A stretch of DNA of 62,847 nt, the filler included, from Babesia bigemina (Eukaryota), in NCBI RefSeq assembly GCF_000981445.1. It is 4 parts of 4 records of this genome, joined end to end, with 100 filler letters (N's around TTAATTAATTAA, not from the genome) between each part and the next. Parts side by side here need not be neighbours in the genome. Positions count along the whole stretch, not along the records: positions 1 to 29,229 come from NW_012237329.1; 3 more parts are not named here. One strand, given 5' to 3'. The position numbers were made by a program, and so were the translations under genes. Below the pieces are notes generated by a model. The model was given only the letters and a program-made list of their open reading frames with translations. It was not told the DNA's origin and did no database searches. Shown here one piece after another: positions 1 through 9,810 of this stretch (the first letter of the stretch is position 1; each line of letters starts with the position of its first letter).

Positions 1-825
1 CCACTCTGCATCGCCCCTTTACCCACTCTTCATCGCCCCTTTACCCACTCTACATCGCTCCCTTGTCCACTCTACATCGCTCCCTAACCCACTCTACATC
101 GCCCCTTTACCCACTCTACATCGCTCCTCTATCCACTCTACATCGCTCCTTAACCCACTCTACATCGCCCCTTAACCCACTCTACATCGCTCCCTAACCG
201 ACTCTACATCGCCCCTTTACCCACTGTACATCGCCCCTTTATCCACTCCACATCGCTCCTTTATCCACTCCACATCGCCCCTTTATCCACTCTACATCGC
301 CCCTTAACCCACCCTTCATCGCTCCCTAACCCACTCTACATCGCTCCTTTACCCACTCTGCATCGCCCCTTTACCCACTCTACATCGCTCCCTAACCCAC
401 TCTACATCGCCCCTTAGTCCACTCTACATCGCCCCTTTATCCACTCTACATCGCCCCTTAACCCACTCTACATCGCCCCTTTATCCACTCTACATCGCCC
501 CTTTATCCACTCTACATCGCTCCCTTATCCACTCCACATCGCCCCTTAACCCACTCTACATCGCTCCTTTATCTACTCTACATCGCTCCCTAACCCACTC
601 TACATCGCCCCTTTATCCACTCCACATCGCCCCTTAATCCACCTTACATCGCCCCTTTATCCACTCTACATCGCTCCTTTATCCGCTCTACATCGCTCCC
701 TTATCCACTCTACATCGCTCCCTTATCCACTCTACATCGCCCCTTTACCCACTCTACATCGCCCCTTTATCCACTCTACATCGCTCCCTAACCCACTCTA
801 CATCGCCCCTTTACCCACTCCACAT
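1..825 (+). repeat. 22-23-bp satellite (CCACTCYACATCGCYCCYTWAY)
   Basis: Direct tandem repeats, C-rich on the ves sense strand. Confidence 0.97.
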
Positions 826-830
826 CCCTC

Positions 831-900
831 GAATTACCTCGCCATAATACCGCTATGACCTCTATAAACCATAGCAATAACTTGTGCCTTGTCACCCTTC
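831..900 (+). other. Satellite/ves junction element GAATTACCTCGCCATAATACCGCTATGACCTC
   Basis: Recurs at 25772, 30231, 38313, 43550(-), 54193(-), 54325(-) and 62519. Confidence 0.9.
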
Positions 901-953
901 ACTTCCCCCTCTCCCTCTGCTGACTCAGCCAAATTGCAGTCCAGGTTGACGCT

Positions 954-3900
954 TTGAAGGAAGTGGAGAAGCTTTGTGAATTTTATGAGAATCTTAAAAC
1001 TATGCCAAATGATCCTAAAAAGCTCTTAGAGAATCTTTGTTCCGGCCTCGAGACTTTTCTCGGCTTCAACCCTTCTTCCAAAGGCTACGATGGCAAGGGT
1101 ATTGTGTACTCTGACCTTGACAGGCTGTGTGATGCAGTGATGGGATTTTTGTATCAGGTGCTTAAGGATGTCAGCGAGAAACAGCCTTACGAAACAGGTA
1201 AGGAATACTTAAATACATTAGTTAGTAGCACTTTAAAATCAAATTTGAACTCAGGTCACGATGGTTTTTGCAAGGCGTTTCCCATGGTGACTGTCAACGT
1301 CAACCGGTACAACCAGGCAGTGAAGTCGTCGAATGAAAGCATTAAGAATAAAATACAGACTTTCAGTAAGGAAATGCAGCTGCTTCACAAAACGGTAAGT
1401 GAAATACAAAAAGATAATGCTCTTGCAGATGACGCCAAGCAAATTGGACTGAACGAGGAGTCCGTTAAGAAGAGCCTGGCAGATTGTCAGCGGAAAGCTG
1501 AAAACTTCACTAATGACTTAGATGTCAAAAATAGTCACAATAGCAACAAAGACGCCATTAATGATTTTAACGAAAAGTTGCGTGACAAAATTGTGAGTGT
1601 CCATCACACGCTGGTGCATGAAAAAAATCGACTGAGTGAGTTGTCGAAAAAGGATGAAGAGAAGTTAGCGGCGACTAAGGATAAGATTACTGAGGCGCTC
1701 GATGGCGTCAAACGTAAGGTAAACGATCACATTTGCAAGGAAGTAAATACACTGGTAACGCACTTCACGAAAAAAATTCAGGCCATTTTGCAGAAGCTTA
1801 ACGATATCAATGGTAAGCTGAAGACATACATCGGTGAGCTGGACAGGTGGATTAGAGAAGCGCAGAGTTCCGTCATTACTGTCCAAGGGCATGTGGATAT
1901 CATACTGAAGGAGTTTGATAAGGAGGATAAGAGCATTAAACCGGAGAAAATTTTAAAGGACGCACATGATTTGCGATTCCAGGGAGACAACCTATTGGCC
2001 CTTGCAAGCCAGGCCAAGAGGGAAGTTGACGAGACTGTTAAACAGGCACTTGAGGCTGTGATAAAGATGGACGGGGAATTGAAGGAGGATCTGGGTAAGG
2101 TGAAGACGGCGGTGGAGGGGCAGGTGGAGGAGATTAAGACGGCGATTGGGAAGTTGTATAAAGTAGTTCAAACTGGTGAGCCTGACAGGACAATAGAGGC
2201 GGATAAGTCTATGGTAAAAGTTATAGAGGATATGAAGAATAAGGTCGGAGTCGTAAACGAAGGCGCAAGCAGTGTAGCTCCAAAGACAGGTCTGCAGGGT
2301 ATTGTTACTGGACTAAAGTGGAAATATACCGATAAGTTCAAACCGGGTCAGTTCGTGCAAGATGTTTTGCCTTCGTGGATGGATGCGATTTTGGGGAAGG
2401 ATGACACTGTCAAAGGGACGAATGCCGTGAAGTCCTGGATTAAACAGTACGTGACGGCAAATGATATGTTGAACGAAGCATACAGAAATGAAGAAAATGG
2501 AATTTATAAAGCACTCAACGAAAAAATTAAGGCTGCAATCACTTCACAGCTTACGACTGATCATATTATTTCAGAAGCCACTGGTCAATTCACATCGCGG
2601 CAAGTCACCACTATTGCTGAAAATTTGCAAAATGTCAAAGATGTCTGTTTGATGTTTGCCAGCAAACTTGACGAGAAATTACAGGAGGGCACGGAGAAAA
2701 TTGATAAGTTCGTTACAATCATAATGAACGCAATTGAGACAGCGCCAGGAACTACAGCGGTGAAATACTCTTACGCGCACCGAAGGTTCCTAAGAGAAGC
2801 CGTCAGGACCACGCTTATTAGTCTGTGCTCCACCGCCGCCCAGGCTGCCGAGGAGCTTGATTCTATTTTACTTAGCAACAGGCTAGGTACTCCTCCTAGC
2901 ACGAGCATTGCAGAAGCGTTAGATACGGCTCACAAGAAAGCTGATGAGCTTCATCAAAATCTCAAAACTGCGCTTGGGAAGAATAGTGGTGGTAGAAAAG
3001 TTAACCACGCCGCCGCCGTCGACGCCGCGATCGGAAAAATTAAAACCGTAGCTGAGCATCACATCGGAACAAGCGACCTTGTAGGCGACAAAATTTCGGA
3101 GCTCGGTAAAGAAGGGTTTGAGCAATATAAAAAGCAAGTCTTGCAGACACCAGAAAGCTTGGCCGTCGCGGACGATGACCCAAACAAACTTGAAGGCACC
3201 CTCCCCGCTGCCATCAAGAGAATCCGAGATGAAATGAAAAACGTTTTGAGACAAATTGAACCTGACATTAAGCTTGACAACGGTCTTGAGCAGATTGACG
3301 CTTCCACCTTCAACAAGCCTTTCGATGAAATTAAGCGAAACATCGATGACCTGTGCACGACCATCAGAGAGGTTGGAGGCAACGCCCGAGACAACCTTAG
3401 ACTTTTGAAAGATACTTACTTTAGTAAGAAGTCAAATCTTAGAGGTAGTATATATAAAATCAAGCAAGATCTCACCGATCTGCAGAAGAGTTTGGAGACT
3501 GGTCTGATTAAAACTACCACGGATGTCTTGAACGGCATGATTCCAACTCGAGACGCCACCATCACGTTGCTTGACAACCATGTTCAACAGGAGGTCAAGA
3601 TCGCTAGGAACGCTCTAAACATCCACGCGCAGAAGCAGTACATCGAGTCACTAAAAGAGCTGCTGACGGCATTCTCTCTAAAGGTCGAAAAGGAACTCGA
3701 ACCTTTGCCGAGAGACATTGCACGTGACTTAACCCTTGGTTTCAAAGGTTTTATGACGACATTCGAAAGGGATTTCATTACTAACGAAAAGTCAATTCGA
3801 GGTATTAGAGACATGAACCCTAAGTTCACACCTCAAAAGGAGTCCCTGCTAAGCCAGGCTGCTTCCAAATTCTTCGGTAGCGTCAACAGATTTCTGCATG

Positions 3901-6350
3901 ATTTGCATAAACAGCAGGACTTCACGACGGACTTTGAGAAAATTCAGCCAACGCGCGAGGCGCTAGCTAAGTTGTTTGGAGACCTTGTCGATTCACATCA
4001 CTTCGACCACACATTCAGTATCAATCTAGACGCCCTTGATAATGCAGTCACTGCCTTCAAGCCCGCTACCTACGGCGATGCTAAGTGCCCCTTACTCCTC
4101 AATGCTCTGAAAGCAGGCTTCACCCCTCTCGTCGAGGAGCTCAAGAAGGCATACGTGAGCAGTTACTCCGGGAGACAATTGCAAGAGGAGGAACTAGGAC
4201 ACTACGCCAAAATCTGTTGGACCATCACGCCCATCTTATATCAAGAATTGACCGCCTTCAAAGATCACCTTGATATTGATGGTTGGACCACCCATAAAAT
4301 CTATGACGCCCAAACACCCACCTCCAGCCTCCACGCTCTCTTCTTCCGCGACAACGGGTATGACGTCCATCGTCCTGAGAACGCTGAGCATGGCGAACTG
4401 AATCACAGACAAGACTTCAATGGTAGCAGCATTCTCAAACACCTAACCAATCCACATGAACTGTTCAGTCAACGGTCATCTCCCGTCACCGGCATCCCTC
4501 AATCGACATCCGGGTCGGACGAGCTAGGTGTAACCATCGCGGAGGAGTGTGGTCTCATCCAAAAACTCTATGATTTCCTGCAGACGTACTTCAAAGTCTG
4601 CCACCTTACCCGTATTGACAAACCCCGGGCTCCATGCTCCGTTTACGAAATTCTCGTCTGGTGCAACGGCCTGCAGTTCAACCCCGTATACGAGAAGCTC
4701 AAGGCGCAAGTTAGGTCTGAGTTCATGAAGGAGGACAAGGAAAGGCCGGGTGAGAAGAAGCTGCAGCCCTTCGAAGCGCACCCATATCCAATCAAATACG
4801 GTGACGTAGAAGCGGAGCTCTACTATGTGTCTGCCAACTCCCACGCCGTCCTCACCGCTATCCTAGGTCACGGTCACAAGGACGGAATTTACGCGTGTGA
4901 GTTCTCTAGCAACTCGCTAAAATTAGATTACCCTACCAATATGATTCAGCTGCTGTGCACGTTGTTCGACCTGCTCAAGCGCCTCTACCACCAGCTGTAC
5001 TTCCTGCTGCAGCAGTGTCAACTTACAACTCAGCTCAGCGGCTGGAAGGACTGTCACTACGGCAGGTACATCGGTGGGTCAGGCTGGCAGTGCAACACAA
5101 AGCAGTGCCCTAAGCAAGACTGCGACCAAAGGCACGACCAAAGTGGTGACCAAACGGGTGGGCAGTATCCCAACTGCGGCGTCAAGTCGCCACTGCAATC
5201 GTTCTTGGAGGACGGTTTGAAGGGCCACCTGCCGCATTCGGTTACGGCTAGGGGATCGAGTCTGTCATGTGGCACGTGTGGTAGTACACCTGGTATGCCG
5301 TGCAGGACGCCAATGGGCTTCGCTGATATCGGTGCCACCGCGTCGCATACGATGATGGGCCAGGATATACGCGAGGTGCTTTACAATTTCTGTGGGAGTG
5401 CAAAATCTCCTCTTACTAAACTGTGCAGTTACTTGAACTGCCTGCTACCCAGTGCGCCGAAAACGCTGGCGGACATGTTCAGCTTCTACTATCACCTCAC
5501 CGATCGCTGGGGTATGCATGGTCAACAGCATAAACAACAGGCATTTACGGAACAAGTTAAAGCTGCCAATTTCGGACGTCAGTATACTGGGTTAAACGTA
5601 TACCACTTATTTACCCCTAGTCACTCAGCATTGAAGAAGGGCCACTCCGATGGTAGCCTGGGCAGTCTCGTATGCTTATCAAGGGAAGCCGTCGTATGCG
5701 GTCCTTTTTTGCGTCCCATCGGTCACGCCATCTACGAGACGTTCTCATCAAAACACGCCGATAAGTATTTGTCGTGGATCGTTTACCTGACCGCGACGTT
5801 CTACGATCTGCTGAAGAAATTGTATGACGAGTGCAATTCCAAATGCGGTTCCAGGGGATCGAATTGCCATGGAAAAGCGTGCATCAAGGAGTGCAGAACT
5901 ACATCCAAACATGATCCGCCACGATATCACGATCGCAAATGCAAATCCATTGTAAGCTGCAATAACACGATGCCAACATTGGCGAAATACGGCTTCGTTC
6001 TCGGCGATCCGGAAAGGCTGAACGGAAGTGAACGATCGCAAAAGAAACGCACGTGCAGAGATTTCTGTGATGTATTTAAAGAGGCATTTGAGAAGGACTC
6101 ACATCTTGTGCAGTTCTTCAAAGCCATTGATAATTTCATGTTCACCATCCGCGCACCTTTCTTGTGGATGACCGTGGCGCTCTGGTCGCTATCCCTCTTC
6201 TACCTCATCTGCGTAATGGTTGGCAGGCTGGATGTGCTCCACATACGCTCACACCTGAGGATACCGTCGTCGCACAAGATTACAGCGCAATCATTGTTGG
6301 CTGCAGCGCAAGTCGGAAGGCTTGCCAAGATATCGTACCTGCAACCGTAA
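954..6350 (+). CDS. ves1: VESA1-like variant erythrocyte surface antigen, copy 1 (tail type A); 5' end frameshifted (homology extends to ~831)
   Basis: 1798-aa ORF with GIVYSDLDRLCD motif, long helical region, Cys-rich domain (W..C.YG, SPLQSFLEDG), C-terminal TM and tail RLDVLHIRSHLRIPSS...YLQP. Listed start is TTG; the upstream SADSAKLQS segment is out of frame. Confidence 0.85.
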   Translation: MKEVEKLCEFYENLKTMPNDPKKLLENLCSGLETFLGFNPSSKGYDGKGIVYSDLDRLCDAVMGFLYQVLKDVSEKQPYETGKEYLNTLVSSTLKSNLNSGHDGFCKAFPMVTVNVNRYNQAVKSSNESIKNKIQTFSKEMQLLHKTVSEIQKDNALADDAKQIGLNEESVKKSLADCQRKAENFTNDLDVKNSHNSNKDAINDFNEKLRDKIVSVHHTLVHEKNRLSELSKKDEEKLAATKDKITEALDGVKRKVNDHICKEVNTLVTHFTKKIQAILQKLNDINGKLKTYIGELDRWIREAQSSVITVQGHVDIILKEFDKEDKSIKPEKILKDAHDLRFQGDNLLALASQAKREVDETVKQALEAVIKMDGELKEDLGKVKTAVEGQVEEIKTAIGKLYKVVQTGEPDRTIEADKSMVKVIEDMKNKVGVVNEGASSVAPKTGLQGIVTGLKWKYTDKFKPGQFVQDVLPSWMDAILGKDDTVKGTNAVKSWIKQYVTANDMLNEAYRNEENGIYKALNEKIKAAITSQLTTDHIISEATGQFTSRQVTTIAENLQNVKDVCLMFASKLDEKLQEGTEKIDKFVTIIMNAIETAPGTTAVKYSYAHRRFLREAVRTTLISLCSTAAQAAEELDSILLSNRLGTPPSTSIAEALDTAHKKADELHQNLKTALGKNSGGRKVNHAAAVDAAIGKIKTVAEHHIGTSDLVGDKISELGKEGFEQYKKQVLQTPESLAVADDDPNKLEGTLPAAIKRIRDEMKNVLRQIEPDIKLDNGLEQIDASTFNKPFDEIKRNIDDLCTTIREVGGNARDNLRLLKDTYFSKKSNLRGSIYKIKQDLTDLQKSLETGLIKTTTDVLNGMIPTRDATITLLDNHVQQEVKIARNALNIHAQKQYIESLKELLTAFSLKVEKELEPLPRDIARDLTLGFKGFMTTFERDFITNEKSIRGIRDMNPKFTPQKESLLSQAASKFFGSVNRFLHDLHKQQDFTTDFEKIQPTREALAKLFGDLVDSHHFDHTFSINLDALDNAVTAFKPATYGDAKCPLLLNALKAGFTPLVEELKKAYVSSYSGRQLQEEELGHYAKICWTITPILYQELTAFKDHLDIDGWTTHKIYDAQTPTSSLHALFFRDNGYDVHRPENAEHGELNHRQDFNGSSILKHLTNPHELFSQRSSPVTGIPQSTSGSDELGVTIAEECGLIQKLYDFLQTYFKVCHLTRIDKPRAPCSVYEILVWCNGLQFNPVYEKLKAQVRSEFMKEDKERPGEKKLQPFEAHPYPIKYGDVEAELYYVSANSHAVLTAILGHGHKDGIYACEFSSNSLKLDYPTNMIQLLCTLFDLLKRLYHQLYFLLQQCQLTTQLSGWKDCHYGRYIGGSGWQCNTKQCPKQDCDQRHDQSGDQTGGQYPNCGVKSPLQSFLEDGLKGHLPHSVTARGSSLSCGTCGSTPGMPCRTPMGFADIGATASHTMMGQDIREVLYNFCGSAKSPLTKLCSYLNCLLPSAPKTLADMFSFYYHLTDRWGMHGQQHKQQAFTEQVKAANFGRQYTGLNVYHLFTPSHSALKKGHSDGSLGSLVCLSREAVVCGPFLRPIGHAIYETFSSKHADKYLSWIVYLTATFYDLLKKLYDECNSKCGSRGSNCHGKACIKECRTTSKHDPPRYHDRKCKSIVSCNNTMPTLAKYGFVLGDPERLNGSERSQKKRTCRDFCDVFKEAFEKDSHLVQFFKAIDNFMFTIRAPFLWMTVALWSLSLFYLICVMVGRLDVLHIRSHLRIPSSHKITAQSLLAAAQVGRLAKISYLQP

Positions 6351-6494
6351 TTATAGTCACATTTGTAATTCACATCAACTCACCTAGCAATTCACCTACT
6401 CACCTAACCGACAAACGTATCATAATGTTTCGAATTACTCTAGCGGCAACCTGTGAACTAAATAGCACCTAGATTAGGTTATGACTAAACGACC

Positions 6495-7065
6495 AAGCAA
6501 CGTGCTAAGCTAGCAACCAGGCAAAGTGCTAAGCTAGCAACCAGGCAAAGTGCTAAGCTAGTACGCAAGCTAAGTGCTAAGCTGGCACCCAGGCAAAGTG
6601 ATAAGCTAGCAACTAGGCTAAGTGCTAAGCTAGCAACTAGGCAAAGTGCTAAACTGGCACTCAGGCTAAGTGCTAACCTAGCAACCAGGCAAAGTGATAA
6701 GCTAGCAACCAGGCAAAGTGTTAACCTAGCAACCAGGCAAAGTGCTAAGCTAGCACACAGGCAAAGTGCTAACCTAGCACCCAGGCAAAGTGGTAAGCTG
6801 GCAACCCGGCAACGTGCTAAGCTGGCAACCAGGCAAAGTGTTGACCTAGCACCCAGGCAAAGTGCTAAGCTAGCACCCAGGCAAAGTGCTAAGCTGGCAC
6901 GCAAGCTAAGTGCTAACCTAGCACACAAGCTAAGTGCTAAGCTAGCAACCAGGCAACGTGCTAAGCTAGCAACCAGGCAAAGTGCTAGGCAAGCACTCAG
7001 GCAAAGTGGTAAGCTGGCAATCAGGCTAAGTGTTGACCTAGCACCCAGGCAAAGTGCTAAGCTGA
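6495..7065 (+). repeat. 24-bp array (GCTAAGCTAGCAACCAGGCAAAGT)
   Basis: Tandem 24-mers after ves copy 1. Confidence 0.95.
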
Positions 7066-7550
7066 CGGATGAACCGTTATTTGCCTGGTGCGTTGAGTTA
7101 CGCGTTGACTGTGAGAGGTGTCCGCGTTGCCCATTGAGTCAGTCTCACGTGAGGCTGGGTGATTGGTTGCTACGTAGGCGGCCGTGAAGGCCGCGGCGGG
7201 TGACGTAAGTCATGTGTTGCGAGTCACTGGCAGGGTGGCGTAATCCGCGTTGGCCTGGTTAAGTAGCATTTATAGGCAGCAATGTAGCGATCGTTAATAT
7301 CACATTTAGGCACGTAGCCGACACGCTCCGCAAGCATGGCGCCGATACCGCGGCTCGTAGCACGGTGCTGCTGCACTGTGGGAGTTGAGCGCACGGGGTT
7401 CGCTGCAATTCTTATGGCGTTGCGAATAGTACATAATTTAGAGTGGCTGTTGGTGCTTATCACATGCGTCGCGGCAGGGCAGCCGTGGTATCCCGGGCAG
7501 CGTGGGTGTCGGTGGCCTGTGCTGGGGGGACACAGGGGTGAGTGCCTTGG
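7066..7550 (+). promoter_or_regulatory. Conserved non-coding block, candidate promoter/5' leader of the Cys-rich gene
   Basis: Closely repeated at 15690-16200 and 46505-47020(-); TGAGTCA, CACGTG, GATTGG, TTTATAGG motifs; no conserved ORF. Confidence 0.5.
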
Positions 7551-7551
7551 T

Positions 7552-8020
7552 GATGAGGGGACTGGGAGCGGCAGTGGTAAGTGTTGTAGTAGGTGAGTGC
7601 GTTGCTAGGTGACTGATATGTCTGCAGGCTGAGGGGAGTGGTAGCGGCAGTGGTACGTGTTGCAGTTGGTGAGTGCGTTGCTAGGTGACTGATATGTCTG
7701 CAGGCTGAGGGGAGTGGTAGCGGCAGTGGTACGTGTTGCAGTTGGTGAGTGCGTTGCTAGGTGACTGATATGTCTGCAGGCTGAGGGGAGTGGTAGCGGC
7801 AGTGGTACGTGTTGCAGTTGGTGAGTGCGTTGCTAGGTGATTGATATGTTCGCAGGTTGAGGGGAGTGGTAGCGGCAGTGGTACGTGTTGCAGTTGGTGA
7901 GTGCTGCTTGAGTGATTGATATGTCTGCAGGTTGAGGGGAGTGGGAGCGGCAGTGTTACGTGTTGCGGTTGGTGAGTGCTGCTTGAGTGATTGATATGTT
8001 CGCAGGTTGAGGGGACTGGG
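7552..8020 (+). repeat. ~76-bp tandem exon/intron-like units (6 intron-like copies)
   Basis: GTGAGT...CAG ~35-nt segments (first at 7593-7627) separated by ~41 nt. Confidence 0.85.
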
Positions 8021-8034
8021 ACGGAGCAGGGAAG

Positions 8035-8490
8035 ATGAGTCGGTGTAAGTGCGGCAAAGAATGTACAGAAGACAAGTGTCTTTGCTGCTACATATGCTGT
8101 GGAAAATGTAGAACATGTTTTTCTCCATGTTTCAAGTTCTACAGCGATCGAATGCGTGGAGGAGAATGCCATCCTGAAGGATGTAAGGAATGCGTCATCG
8201 ACAGATGTGTATGTAACTGTTGTCTACGCAAGCAAGCTGAAAATTCCCGTCAACAACGTGCCGCCGGTCAACAGCAATCCCATACTTTCTCCCTTGTCTC
8301 CTCTTCTACTACCGTAACACGTTCTTCCAGCGGATCCAGTTCTGCTCACACCACGAATCCCTCCAAGTCTTCCAACCTCACCGTACCAATCATCATCGCC
8401 CCCGTCGCCCTCATCATACTCGTCATCTGCGTTATGATCTACTTCCGCATCCGGCCGTTTCACAGGGTGCGGTATCTACTGCGCAGCTAA
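8035..8490 (+). CDS. Small Cys-rich single-pass membrane protein, copy 1
   Basis: 151 aa: Cys-dense N-terminal half, Ser/Thr stalk, TM IIIAPVALIILVICVMIYF, tail RIRPFHRVRYLLRS; two paralogues in the window. Confidence 0.75.
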   Translation: MSRCKCGKECTEDKCLCCYICCGKCRTCFSPCFKFYSDRMRGGECHPEGCKECVIDRCVCNCCLRKQAENSRQQRAAGQQQSHTFSLVSSSTTVTRSSSGSSSAHTTNPSKSSNLTVPIIIAPVALIILVICVMIYFRIRPFHRVRYLLRS

Positions 8491-8523
8491 TCACAATAAC
8501 CTAACTGGCAACTGACATGTAAT

Positions 8524-8739
8524 GTGCTAGACAATGTAACTATTGCGTTGATGACCAATTACATGAGCAGTGAAGTAACTACTTCCCCCCCTCCCTACTC
8601 CGCCATCGCCGCCGTCATCGTTGCCATCATCGTCGCCATCATCCTGCTCGACCTGTGCATCTTCCGCTTCCCGGTGGGCCGCAACATCCGCGATTTCCTC
8701 GTCCGCAAGATACCGTTCTGCATCGCGTTCTACAGCTGA
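8524..8739 (+). CDS. Micro-TM module type B (PPYSAIAAVIVAIIVAIILLDLCIFRFPVGRNIRDFLVRKIPFCIAFYS)
   Basis: Short ORF with hydrophobic helix and conserved tail; four copies in the window. Confidence 0.5.
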   Translation: MLDNVTIALMTNYMSSEVTTSPPPYSAIAAVIVAIIVAIILLDLCIFRFPVGRNIRDFLVRKIPFCIAFYS

Positions 8740-8862
8740 TCGCAGCAATTTGTTAGCGCTAAAATCGTTAATCCAAATTCCACCGATCACCTAAATGGCA
8801 ACTGACATCTAATGTTCTAGACAGTAATGGCTGCGTTGATGGCAAATCACATGAGCAGTGAG

Positions 8863-9028
8863 GTGACCAAAGTGCTGACAAAGTTGATGGTCACGGCAGC
8901 GATGACATGGTCACGGCAGCGATGACATGGTCACGGCAGCGATGACATGGTCACGGCAGCGATGACATGGTTACGGCAGCGATGACATGGTTACGGCAGC
9001 GATGACATGGACACGGCAGCGATGACAT
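8863..9028 (+). repeat. Short 12-bp remnant plus 20-bp array (CATGGTCACGGCAGCGATGA)
   Basis: Two 12-mers, then tandem 20-mers. Confidence 0.92.
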
Positions 9029-9045
9029 AAGTGGTGATTATTATT

Positions 9046-9810
9046 CACTCTACATCGCTCCCTAATCCACTCCACATCGCTCCTTAACCCACTCTACATC
9101 GCCCCTTTACCCACTCTACATCGCCCCTTTATCCACTCTACATCGCTCCCTTACCCACTCTACATCGCTCCCTAACCCACTCTACATCGCCCCTTAACCC
9201 ACTCTACATCGCCCCTTAACCCACTCTACATCGCCCCTTAACCCACTCTACATCGCCCCTTATCCACTTTATATCGCCCCTTAAACCACTCTACATCGCC
9301 CCTTAACCCACTCCACATCGCTCCCTAATCTACTCCACATCGCTCCTTAACCCACTCTACATCGCTCCTTAACCCACTCCACATCGCCCCTTTACCCACT
9401 CTACATCGCCTTTTAACCCACTCTACATCGCCCCTTAACCCACTCTACATCGCTCCCGTACCCACTCTACATCGCTCCTCTATCCACTCCACATCGCCCC
9501 TTTACCCACTCTACATCGCCCCTTTATCCACTCTACATCGCTCCTTTATCCACTCTCCATCGCTCCCTTAACCACTCTACATCGCCCCTTTACCCACCCT
9601 ACATCGCCCCTTAACCTCCTCTACATCGCTCCCTAACCCACTCTCCATCGCCCCTTAACCCACCCTTCATCGCTCCCTAACCCACTCTACATCGCTCCCT
9701 AATCCACCCTTCATCGCTCCCTAATCCACTCCACATCGCTCCCTTATCCACTCCACATCGCTCCTTTATCCACTCTACATCGCTCCCTAACCCACTCCAC
9801 ATCGCCCCTT
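9046..9810 (+). repeat. 22-23-bp satellite
   Basis: Same unit; abuts ves copy 2. Confidence 0.97.

Noticed and set aside
1..825. True telomere
   Set aside because: Unit is 22-23 bp with only embedded telomere-like hexamers, and the arrays are internal and flanked by genes.
954..3600. Bacterial Ebh, myosin or chemoreceptor-like identity of the helical regions
   Set aside because: Generic coiled-coil composition; the Cys domain, TM and tail indicate VESA1-like proteins.
6485..6928. LALCLVAS-repeat ORFs (also 15467-15724 and 46985-47701)
   Set aside because: Translations of the 24-bp array; no conserved start.
7336..7596. ORF with signal-peptide-like MALRIVHNLEWLLVLITCVAAG as exon 1 of the Cys-rich gene
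   Set aside because: Stops interrupt it in copies 2 and 3, and an in-frame TGA follows the last acceptor in all copies.
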